A stretch of 23,842 nucleotides of DNA from Spizellomyces punctatus DAOM BR117. Its lineage: Eukaryota. A program made the position numbers and the translations under genes. The DNA lies in NCBI GenBank assembly GCA_000182565.2, contig KQ257451.1; one strand, 5' to 3'. Below are positions 9,896 through 21,568 of this stretch, piece by piece (the stretch's first letter is position 1; the number at the start of each line of letters is the position of its first letter). The notes under the pieces are model-generated. The model worked only from the letters and a program-made list of their open reading frames with translations, had not been told where the DNA came from and did not search any database.

Positions 9896-12800
9896 CTAAG
9901 GTTTGACAGGTTGAGTAAATCGCCACTTTAGCAGATCTTGCAGTATGTCCTTCTCAGGATATTCAGGATTATTGATAAGCCCCGCAAGTTCTTTCATGAC
10001 TTGAGGTGGCCTGTCTTCTTCATCTCCGGCGAGCTGATCTGCTGCTGAAAGATATTTGAGCTACTGTGAGTTTGAAAACTAGAATTGCATGCCTTACATT
10101 CGTTGTCATTGAAGCACTCTGTGATTTCTGTTACGCCACGCTCGCCAAGCAGCTATAACACAGTTAGATTTGTCACTAGCATAAATGTATCTGATTGTGA
10201 TCTGTACCTGCATCATTTTAATGGCCGCCACACGAACTTCGGAATCTGGGTCTTTCCAAAGCTGAACGAGCACGCGTATAAAGTTGAGTCTCAATCTTCG
10301 CTCCTTGACGTATGTCATCAGTTGCGCCATAACGCTAACCATATCGGCTTTCTAAGTTGATGTGAAAAGAGAAGGTTGGCGACGTGCGGGTTTTTCAGAG
10401 ATTCTGAACAAGCAAAGAACGTAAACGTACTCTCCGATAAAGCGATGCACTATCGTCCACAGTTTGTAGCCTGGTCAGTAAATTTTGCATGATACCCTTA
10501 ATTTTGTTAACAAATCCGGGTTTGATCGCTGCCTCAAGTTGGATCATGACAATCGTGACGAGCGCTTCGACTGCAGCTATGCGTATGCCCCTAATGTTCA
10601 GATGATTTAGAGTTGCGATCAACGTAAAGATGAATACTCAGAACCGGACCTGTGTTCATTCTCTAGCATGTCCGCCAGAAATTGGAAGGCGGACATGAGC
10701 CGTGATTCGGGGACCGCTATATGGATCAAAGAGAGATTCTTTAGCCCGTCCTCTTGGCGCTGAACTCAAGAAAGTGGTATTTACCAGTGGAAAGGGCATG
10801 GAAAAGGCCGTAGCCCGACGTGCCATGAAGGGCAATGACTGTCAACCTTCGGAGTTGTTCGCTCTGAAATATCTCGCATATGAGATAGGGTTCACTGGCC
10901 GCCTTGCATGGCACAACGGTGCCTTACCCTCGTGTCAACTAGATCATTAAGCTCATTTTTTCGGATCTCTAATGCTGAGAACTTGTCGGTCTTTCCAGTC
11001 TTGACAATTTCCAGAGTGGCTTCCTGATTTGCAGTTTTGAATTCCTCCAGCGCTTCGTATCTGTGTTCCGAGTTAATAAGAAGTGAAGAGGATACTACAT
11101 CTTCTGAACTACTCACTGTTCATCGCTCACAATCGGTATATCAATATATTCGTTGAAGAAGAAAAAGCTGCTCTCCAAATTTGTGTACAAAGTTTCCCGA
11201 ATGAGAGCTGCGTTACTGTTGCATGCGGCAATAAAGGCCTGCATTCGATCCATCCATCCGGGAACTTTATCTCCTATTCCATCGTGCGCAAACAAAAGAT
11301 TTGAAAGCACGTCGATGAGGTGGGTTTCCGCTTCAATATCGACTTCGTCATCTTCTCCACCAGAAGAGGATGGCCTAGGGGTATCATCTTCTCCTCGTGG
11401 TCCACCGTCAGAACCGGGTCTCCTCGTCTCTGAACGGCCTCGCTCTCTTGGAGCGATTTCTGGTAAGCGTGGTCAGTTCTGGCTCCCAATGTCCTGCAAA
11501 ATTCCTTCATGAGAGACTCACCATCCTCCACCTTCTCCAATGTGGACTCCACCAGATCCGAGGCCACTTGCGAGTATTTTCGGATACATTCACGAAGTAT
11601 GGTTATACTGTCTATATTCATGAGCTGGATACACGTTCAATCATAAGGTTAGAAGTAGGACCCACGCTCGCTTCATAAACGAGTGCATACCCATTGATAT
11701 TTAGCTAGGATTTCGGGAGTGGGCTTTTTTATCGCTGCCGACTTGTCCTCCACTAGCGTCATTATACTCTGAGGTAAGGGCAACATTGCTCGTGCAAAAG
11801 CAGACTCGGGCAAGCCATAACGCTCTGAGAATTTTCGTCGTCGATCCGAACTATACCAACGTACATTGTACGGATCTTCATCAGGAAATGGTACCCGAAT
11901 GCGCGCCTAGACATATATGAAGCGATGAAGCATCAATAATATTCCGAAGACTAATAATTATTCGACTTACCTCGTCATTTTCCTTCGTATTGATTGCTAG
12001 CACAAGCTTATCAATGGAGGGCAGTTTACAACTTTCCAATATTATTGCTCTTTTGGAACCCGCATTAGGCTTGTAGGTTCGAAGAGCGGGAACGACGAAG
12101 TCTAGCATTCCCTCTACAATCAAGACATCTTTTGACTTGTTGCGCACCTGGATGAATATACCCGGAATGTGTTGGAATTTGCTTATCAGTACCAAGAAGA
12201 TCTTGCAAAAAATTTAAAGTGGGCCCCTCACCTCCCGGTTTGAGTCAGCGAGATATAGGAAGCAAAACCATATTGCTTCTTCCGTTGACATGTACTTAGC
12301 CAAGATGCGAACAATGTCGAGAGATCGAAGCCGCACCTCTGGGTGCTTTGAGCGGATTTCCTATCAAAGCCGACGGATCTGTAAACTGTCTTCAAGGTGA
12401 TATAGGTGCATAGAACTGACCTTCTTTGCATTATTCAACAAGCTCCGGAATAAAGAATGTTTTGGTCCTAAATGCCCTAATATTTTCCCAAGACATCCGT
12501 AAACTTTTCTTCGCGTATCGGCTTCATCGGTGGTGTCGAGGAGTATCTGAATCGCATCTAGTACTTTGGCCATCTCATCCTGACCGGAAATTAGAGCGAG
12601 CTCGACTGAAAGCAGCATGATGAGACTTGGAAGTTTGCAGCCTAATTGTCTTTGGCGATCGGCCACTTACCATTGAGGTACACGGCCAGCAGTCGTTTTC
12701 GGATAGCATGCCGCTGGCTGGTGATAATTGGCACATACTTGCGGAGCAGTTCGAGTGCTTTATTGGCGCAAATATCTTGAATCAAATCAGAGAGGTAAAA

Positions 12801-15800
12801 TAATGCCATTAAATCTCCCTCGCTAATAACAGCTGGACTGGAGATCTTGACAAGGATTTGCTTAAAAGCCGATGGGGAGTACTCTAGCATTGTGCGTTGA
12901 AACATAGTGTACGCAAAAAACTAAATCATTGTTCCGTACCTGATATGTTCCTCAGTCCCAACATGCAGGCTTCAATTACGGTGGCTCTGTCTGGTGTAAT
13001 TTCTTGACTCAAATGGTTGGTGAAGATCTCGATGACGTCGGCCACAGTCGTCTCATGTAAGCAGCAAAACTCGGACAGCACCATAATAGCCGGTCCCTAA
13101 AGTTGAGTTATGCTGAGTTCGTTACAGATAACACGTTGGTCGGCAGCGAAGAGCAACTAACCTGCATTTGTCGATTTCTCTGAAGTTCTTGGAGATAGTA
13201 CATCACCTCGCTAATGTTAGCGGGTGGCACAGGGCCGCATACAGTCCTGACCAACTCTTTGAAGCGTCCCATGAGCTTCTGTGAGATGATAGGGAGACGG
13301 AATCCGTCGTCCTCCATCGGCTGCATCGAGATGTTTATGCTCAGTATGGTTCTCAATAGTGCACTCTGCATAAAACTCTAAACACATTGCATACCAGTAC
13401 ATCCGGGTCCGACGCGCCTCCAAGCGCATCCAATTCGAATAATATATCATTCATATTCTTCGCGTTCACCGTGAAGCTTGCATTATCCGCTAGGAGATCT
13501 TCCCAAGATCTGAGCACAATGTTATTAAGGAATTGTCTCTAAAAGCCTCGCAGCAGATTGACGTACGTTGTTGGCAGAACCAAGCTATCATCAGGGTGCG
13601 GTGGTAGACTTTTGCAGAGAGCGTCCTGTTTTGAAGGTACCCTTCGGAGATAACGCGAAAATATCAATCTGACGGACTCATTGGGATCTCCGTATAGGGG
13701 CAGAAGTGTCCATAATATGGTCATGCTTTGGACCCCGTCAAGATTAGGGACCTGAATATACGATGACAACATTAACCACTGTGCGTTACAACATGATTTC
13801 CTAGATTCGCACCTGCGATAACGCCGACGCCAAAGCTGCTGCTCGAAAAGACCATTGTTTGGTTCTTAGGAACGGCATCAATTCTAGCACGATAGCATAT
13901 GCAATGGCAGGGTCATTGATCGCCCCCATCGCTTTGATGCTCAGTCGAACAACACCTGTCCGCCAAACATATTGCCCATTAATCGTCAATATGAACATAT
14001 TGAAAAGTCGAGGCGGAACTTACGATCAGACTCTTCTGTCGTCAATCCGGCAACCATTGGGTCTCCGTTTGCCTGCGGACCACCCGTCTGTATTGTTGCA
14101 ATCTCACTTTTGAGATACGCAAGAAAATCCGCTGATTGGGTAGTAGGGACGCAGCGAAATACGAGAGGAAACAGCCGCGACGCACTGTTGACAACGTCTG
14201 AATCCGTATCAACAATCAAAGCCCTAACCGACGATAGCATTAGCTCTGACAATGCAGATAAGAAGGATTTATGCTTACCGAACGACATCACGTATTTCTT
14301 GCAGCTTGGTGGCCACACCATGTGGAAAGACCAATAAGAACGTCTCAATCAAGTCCAGTGCACCAAGCTTTACAATGGACGAAGGCGTGTTGTAAGCCAC
14401 ATCCAGAGATAGATCAATATATTGTAGCAGAATAGATGGCGAAATGCCCGGCAATTTCAAGCGGGTAACAATTTTCAAGATATCCAGTGCAGACCTGAAT
14501 GTGAAAAACGTACTCAATGGCTAGCAAACAAAGAAAATGTAAACGTAGGGCATAGTACTTACAATTGGAATGTCCACTGTTTATGGGCCATCATTTGCTG
14601 ACTAACAAACTCCAACAGGCCGCGCATCATACCGGGATGCAAGGATTGACCACGGAAGCAGCATCGAACTATTGATATACATGCTGTCCTATGCAATTGT
14701 CAGCAGCTGCCAGCAAGCATCAATCAGCTCAAGAAAAGTACCTGCGCAGTACAGGATCGGGCATTCCGCACGTGGGAAGCAAGCAAAGCATGAAGCCACA
14801 AATGAATCGTCTTTTCCCTGCTGGAGTCGTTGGCATGACGTTCCGCGGAACGCCTTCCCCAACCTAGGCATACGGTCAGTGTACATATAAGCTAAATGCG
14901 TTGCAGCGGAAAACGCACCGATGGCGGAGGAACGCCCAACTTGGTCAAAAGTAGAGATATCCAAAAAGGAGTGTGGACAAAATTCCGTGCGTAGTTGTAA
15001 TCATCGGGACGCACAAGCTGGTTGTCCGGCGCATCCTCCAAGTAGAAATTCCAAAACTCGTCAACATTGGCATCAAGTGTAATGGCATCGACGAGTTCCG
15101 TAATCTCGGTGCGATCCCGTGCTATCACATTTGCCAGCTCGTCGTACGCTTTTAGGAGGAGAGGGAAGGGTCCACCTTGGGCATCTCTAACAGCCCCAAG
15201 AGGTGTAACAATGCTCCCAAAATGTGTGTCTGACAAACGAAACAAATAGTCACTGGCTTTTTTGGCGCTTGGTGGCAGAAATTGGAGTGTTAAAGAACAG
15301 CCGGTTTAAAGTCCCGCCCGATCCCCAGGACATACCACTGTTCGTTATGATCACCGATGGCCAAGAACATGATACCAATGGCCGCGTTGAATAGTCCGCT
15401 CGCTTTCCAGAAATCTGTGTAACTCCCTATTATGTCGTATACCATTATCCGGACGTTTGGTTCGTGGTGGAAAACTAGTTTGAATAGGGTGTTGAGAAGC
15501 TAAATACCAAATCTCAAGGATGAGACCAAGGCAGTTTATTTCCCCATTCATATCTGCAGTTACCTCCTCTCTAGCATCGTCCACCAACTTATCCAGCGGA
15601 AATTGTTTGATGAGGGTTAGCACGGCTTGAAGGATTGACTATGATTAATCCGTGTGAGTTTTTGCTCAATGTACTGCACAGCGTTGCTCATATTCTTTCG
15701 CATACCGCTTTGATTTTCTGGTCCATTAATGCATGGAAGTATGCCCACGCAAAGGAGATATCGGCCGGCGAAGCCGTACGGAAACTGGGAATAAGCGAGA

Positions 15801-17857
15801 AAATAACCTTGAGTGCGGCCATTTGGATATCTTCATCCCCACTATTGCAATACGGCACGAGCGTTTGCATCAAAAAGGTGTCAAACTAAGATACTTTCAG
15901 TTAGAGCAATATTCTTGGTCCCATGCTAAATATTATTCTTTACCTTTTGACTCTTGCTGCCCCATAGGCGCACCAGTTCGAGTTGCCTTAGTTGCATTGG
16001 CTTTGTCAAGTATTCTAAGGAGTTGGCCATCTTTTGCAACAACTTTGGTGCCAATGGCGGGCTCGCCTTAATGGCGACGTCCAGGATATCACTCATCGTC
16101 AAGTCCCTTCCTTTGGCCTGAAGCGCCGTTGCGTACAACGTATCATAATCAGCTCCATTGCGCTCTTGATGTCTCAGCGACGCGAGCATATGTTTTAAGC
16201 CCTTTCCCTCTTCCGTTTTTAGAGCCTCTATCATTGAAACGTAAAGGAATGCGCTAAGATAGTCAGTGTCCAACACCCCGGTGATAATATGGACATATAG
16301 TTCTTTATTGTCCGCAACCATATTCGGATAGATGCTGAGGGACGTGTGGAGGGAAACACACGCCCCGTAACGGACAAGGGCAGGAGTAGCTCGGAAATGG
16401 TTTGCAAGGGATTTGACAAATTCAGTTAACGGTGGAAATTCAGCTACCGGAAACTTTTTCGCTTTCGCGCCGCCGATAGATGGAAGCAGACTTGCAGAGT
16501 AGCTTTCAAGCGCCCACGAAAGCAGGTCATATGCATACTCGTCATGAGGGTTGATGAGGTTAACAAATAAAGCAAAACCAGTACCTGAATGCAAGAACGT
16601 TCACAAGCGGTTTTTTAAACTTCAAACAAAACCATCTTACCAATAGGCTCCTGGTTATTGGGATCAACGCCCGATGGGTTGATAGAGCGCTCGGCAAGTT
16701 TCTCAAAAATCTTTCGCAAAGTGCTCTTAATAGCCTCAGTCTCTAGCGCAGTCTGTGAACGTGGGGAAAAAACAAAAAGCGTCAAGACGTGAAAATCATG
16801 TCGTATCCAAAAGAGCAACCTCGTAACAACCTTGTCTTGCAACCTTAACAAACTATCTACAATTCTATATGTGAGGGCAGAATCTGCGGGACTATAAAGT
16901 GGAGCAAGCAATCCGAGCGCCTGCAACAAGAATGTCATCAGTCAAACGTTCATGCTAAGTATCCGAAGCTGCCCTTAATCCACTCGCTCTCGCACCTTCA
17001 CAATGACAATACGATCTGGGAAAACTTTTGAAATGATCGGTATAGAATGTAATGAGAAATATAGATTCCAAATCGCAGCCAACTGGTCCTCTTCCAGAAA
17101 GATTTTATCGTTTTCATACACAAGTCGCGCCAAGGCTGAGTTGCATACGCCACGAACGGTCCAATCGGGACAAGTGTAGAAACATTCGAGACCGGCCACG
17201 AGTGCTACAGCCATCCCCGATAGTGCTGGGCCAATGTAATGGAACAGTTCGTGAACCGCAGAGTAGTATCCTAGCAGGTGCATGATTGCATATCAATCAG
17301 TATGAGGAGCATCCGAGATTTAACCAGGCCGCTGAGAGTGACAAACCTTTATCATCCGTCTGGAATCCCACTGCCACCTTTTCGACCTTTTTGTTCAGCT
17401 CCTGGACTTTTTTGTCGAATATGACCGCCAACGAAAATAAAAGCCTCGCAGCTTCAATCCGTATATTTTCCAAAAAGTGCCCCAGTATAGAGGTGAGCTG
17501 GACAGCATAGTGCACCGTTATGCCCTCTAACACATCTTCCATCGCCATAAAATTCTGCTGTCCTATTCCAACAACTGGTCCGGCCAGTCCGACAGCGCTT
17601 GGTCCGGCACCACCCACATAGGCGAGAGCAGTAGCGTTCGAAGCTGCAGCGGCCGCTGATGGTGGAAGTGTACCCGGTGCACCTTTGGAAGGTGCTAGTG
17701 CAAAACTCTTGGATATATCTGCAGCTTGCGCGGCCGTCGTGGCAAAGAACGTTTTCACCTCGTTTAGCCATTTGGATACAATAGGACGGTCGGCAGGAGA
17801 TATCGTAAATAAAATAGGATGAGATCGTAACGGGTCTAGTGCTGCTGTTGCGGCCAT
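9896..17857 (-). CDS. Large HEAT/ARM-repeat protein of unknown family (roughly 2,100 aa, ~20+ exons; estimate)
   Basis: ATG at 17857 (MAATAALDPLRSH). A chain of minus-strand exons with GT-AG introns ends ...LLKWRFTQPVKP* (TAG 9898-9896). Repeated HEAT signatures: FYTCPDWTVRG, YCNSGDEDIQMAALKVI, VFHHEPNVRIMVYDIIG, LIVDTDSDVVNSASRLF, LYGDPNESVRLIF, LWKDPDSEVRVAAIKMM. Confidence 0.85.
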
Positions 17858-17902
17858 AGTTGCCCGCAAGCGTCCACGTCTGTTCGTCAAGGATGAGCTA
17901 CA

Positions 17903-17933
17903 GAGACGCGATCTCGGACGCGTTGGGTCGCGA
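17903..17933. promoter_or_regulatory. Cluster of three CGCG-core elements (ACGCGA, ACGCGT, TCGCGA), MCB-like
   Basis: ACGCGA 17906-17911, ACGCGT 17918-17923 and TCGCGA 17928-17933, lying 49-76 nt upstream of the HEAT gene ATG. Confidence 0.45.
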
Positions 17934-18297
17934 TCACGCACAACCTTGTTTAATCACGTAATCAGACATGTTGTCCATACAAAAATGTGCTTTTGGGTTG
18001 TTGCCTTGAGGCTATGAGTGGGTTGAAATACTGCAGAATTTCCATTATCTATTTGTACAAGTTTGCCTCTATATAGAATCGATTCGGGGCGGGGTATCCT
18101 TCCAGCATTATTCACCACGCCGTTCATCCAGCGCAGGTCCCTTCACACTAGAATGGTCCTTTATACAAGTCTTTGTACAGTTAATGCGAACGATCGACCA
18201 AAAACTAAATCGCAGCATTTGTGTTTTGTTCCCCGTGTGTACATCCCTAAGTCCATCGCAGTGATGTAATCATTGCTGGGAGGCTCAAAAGGCAGGA

Positions 18298-20266
18298 TTA
18301 GCGATTTTGCCCAATGTAGCTCTCCGAAATGCTACGTCCGAACTCGCGCTTGTGAATAGCCTTGTGTTCCTTTAGGTTTGCGAGGTAGCTGCGATCGCAC
18401 ATTTCAATATAACGTTGTGGAAAACACCGACTCTGGGGGACATGGCTTAGTCAGGCGTCCGATCCACGTGCCTCTGATTATGTAATAAGCCCACCTTGAA
18501 CTCCGCATAGAAATTTTTATATCCTCCCTTAAGCACGTAAATCTCTGGATAGTGCAGTTTCGGGTATTCTTGAAGGTTCAGCTGTCTGTCCTGCGTGCGC
18601 ATATAGGATGCCCTATAAATATAAGCCAGTTAAAGGTTGTACAAGTGATGTCTCCATCCTGCGTCATAACAATGGCAACCTACATTCGGGGAGCCCGGTG
18701 GGAAGAGAATTCACAGTGGAAAACAATAACCACTTTCTTGTCCGTAATCGGAGGAGTGAAAAAAAGCTTTTCAAGTTCTGCCTTTGTATTGATGTTGCGT
18801 GCAGAGTGAATGTGCCCGCCTTCATACTCGTAGGGAAAGCGACAGTCAATAATATAAAATTCGTCAATGGTGCTTGAGTAATGGCCGTCAAGGAGATTGA
18901 CAAGCTGAGTAAAGAACAACAAAGCTGAGTTGGTAGGATTCCTCATAAGGAATAATAAATGAAAGCAATACCGTTTGTCCGTCAATGCGTTTATGCGAAT
19001 CACTTTCGCCCGGAAACCAAGGGAGTAACGAATCTTCATGGCCATAGATCGCCGCATTGTTGGGCCGCTGTCCTTGCACGTGGATAGACAATTCCGATGG
19101 CGACTGAGCAGACGAGCAGCTCTGAGTGCGACGCATCTTGATTGGTGGCGCAACGCCAGCACGCTTCCACTCGCGATCTTGAACAGAATCAACATGCATT
19201 GGATGTTCTGCGTGAAAAGGATCATTGTCCAAGAAGAGTTTGGAGCTAGCAGGGGCCATCAGCTGGCGCTTTCTTTGAAGGAGAGTAGGTTCTGTCGACT
19301 GAAATGTCGCCATATGGTTAGAAGAAGTATTACGACAGTTGACTGCGAAACAGTACCCACCTGTCTGGGGAAGCTCGGTCGGGGAAATCTTGGAGAAGCA
19401 AGCTTGCTCCAATGGCATGCTTTGTCTTCAGTTTCGCCGTCACTAGCAGGATAAAAAGCACGAGTTAGGTACCTATTAATCATTTTCCACTTCAATGGTT
19501 GTCATTACCTGCTGAGAAGGTCATCGTCGTTAGTCATGGAGTCATCAGAAGCAGGGGAATGGGCCAAAAGCACGCCGTTGTCCCGTGTTGCAGACGTGCA
19601 CTCATACTCACTGGGGATATGAGTGGAGATTAATGACAGGAAATAAATCAACAATCAGACGTCAGAATGATATTCACCTGAAAGGTATATCTACGTGATC
19701 CATCAGGGTGAAATCGTCAAGGGAGATTCCAGAGTCCCGCGTCGCAGATCTGTAAAGCTTGCGTCCGGCACGTCGTATCGGTTTCTTGAGATCGTCTGGG
19801 AAACGCGGGGGCTTGCAAAGGATACGATAATCAGAAAGAGTCGGGGAGCCCATGGGAGAGGGACACGGTGAATCTTGTGGAGAGTCAGCGCTTGCGCTAA
19901 GCAAGAGGTTTGTAAGGCAGCGACGAGGCGTCTTGGAGCTGGACAGCACACGGACGGAAGATTCATTTAGTACCAGGCATCAGATCTGACGAAAAGATGA
20001 GATCAAGTTCGGCGTATATGACACCTTCTTGCAACCTCAAAACGATGAAGCAAGACTATTGGAAGTGCGCTTTACCTGCTATTAAGAACGCTGAGATTAA
20101 CGTTCAAGTCCGTTGCTAAAGCAGATATGGGTGACTTGAAGCCGAGAACGGCGTCCAAGTCCAACAACTCTGTGTCGGACACTGGAGATCTTCCAATTGT
20201 GGGCGATTCCGCTGGCGCAATGGGAAAAGGGCTTGTGACTGAGACAGGAACCATGGCGGTGGACAT
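18298..20266 (-). CDS. CDC25: M-phase inducer phosphatase Cdc25/Mih1 (rhodanese-fold), 8 exons
   Basis: Catalytic loop VIVFHCEFSSHRAPRM (HCX5R), IIDCRFPYEYEGGHI, and YPKLHYPEIYVLKGGYKNFY. SP/TP-rich regulatory N-terminus. Stop TAA 18300-18298. The start may extend upstream because an acceptor-like GCTAAC...TTCAAG ends at 20271. Confidence 0.95.
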
Positions 20267-21568
20267 CCTTCTTGAAATAATGAGTTAGCTCAATATCTTC
20301 TACATGCAAAGGAACACTATGAGTTCGGTGTACGAGTGAGACGCGATGTCCGAGCCAAGATGGGCCAAGGACAATCCCACATAAGCAGATAAGGAACGCA
20401 TATACGTCAGAGTTCATGCTACACACCTTGCTTGGACAGCGTTTTGCTGTGTAATAGGTGTTTTCAGCACACGTTTGGTCGTGTTCAAGACGTTCGTACC
20501 CGCGAATGACTCTGACCCAGATGGTTTGTCCAGCATGCACACACAGCTTGTAAAAGCAGTTGAGACGATATCCAAAGACAGGAATACTACTGCTATTACA
20601 AGCTTTGCGCTGTGTGTGTGTGCAAAAGGACAACCAGTTCACAAGGGAGATGGGGGGACGAGAACAAGTGTCGAAAAGCAAACGCGCAAGTCCGATTTCT
20701 AGTCATTGGGGGATGTCGGACTTTTTGCAGTTGAGCGCGACAAAAAGTTCGTCCGTCTTGAGCAGACACTCGTAGACAAGGACGTAACCAGCAGCATGCC
20801 CTTGTCCGAAACCACGATGTAAAACGACATAAATCTTTTTTCATTTCCTTCTATAAATTGTGTTTAGCAGCACTAAGCGTGAGTAGGAGTGACACTAAGC
20901 CCCCATATGGATGGGCTGTCAAGGCGATGAAAGAAGAAAGGAGGTCGGTAACTTGGAAGGTTGGGGTCACGTCGAGGGGCTGGAGGAAGAACAGGGTTTT
21001 AAAATGTCTCATTGAGGGGCATGAGTTCCCGACGCGGTGGTTTGGCAGTCCTCCGTTGGGTCCAAAAATGGTGGAGAATGCACCCTTGCGCTTCGATCTA
21101 CGTATTCTGGACCTGAACGCTACAGACCCGCGCACAGGAACAAGAGTTCGTTGAACGCACAAGCCAATATCGCTCCAAGGAGCTCTAATCCCCGCTTTTT
21201 TGTTCTTGCATCTGGTCTTTTTCAGTTTTTTGCTTCTCTTTTTGATAACGACACACACATCTGCTGTACGATGATATCTCTTATTTATTCGTCAGTTAGG
21301 TCTCCGCTTGCCGACTTTTAATAAAAGTCAGGCCAGAACATGAACGTTTTTGATATTCTGGCGTTTCCCTACTGAAATGCACTCCAATGGGTTCCAGGGA
21401 ACCACAAACGGCTCGCCCCAACATCTACCTGTCACAATTGTTGCTGTCACCAGAATCATTTCACGCTGAATTTGTCACTGCCATTTCTACAAGGAGAACT
21501 GCTACTGCCTTTTGCTAGTGTGCCTCCTGACAGCTACATGATTTCATCTCCACTGTAGTCACGGTGGG

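Noticed and set aside
10085..17510. Numerous + strand ORFs overlapping the HEAT gene
   Set aside because: Antisense shadows of minus-strand exons, with no coherent splice structure or domains.
17997..18015. Possible RFX X-box (GTTGCC half-site) upstream of the HEAT gene
   Set aside because: The second half-site (GYAAC) is missing.
18094..18102. GTATCCTTC U12-like donor on the + strand
   Set aside because: It is intergenic or antisense to the Cdc25 3' region, with no + strand gene context.
19817..19825. Perfect U12-type donor GTATCCTTT on the minus strand inside Cdc25
   Set aside because: It lies within a continuous reading frame (YRILCK) that carries meaningful downstream motifs and ends at a normal GTGAAT donor. 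No U12 branch point is evident.
20611..20622. (TG)6 microsatellite
   Set aside because: Short and common, with no sign of function.
20097..21321. ORF-track ORFs between Cdc25 and the 743-aa gene (194, 135, 98, 94 aa etc.)
   Set aside because: Atypical composition, mostly non-ATG starts, overlap on both strands and no recognisable motifs. More likely promoter, UTR or intron sequence.
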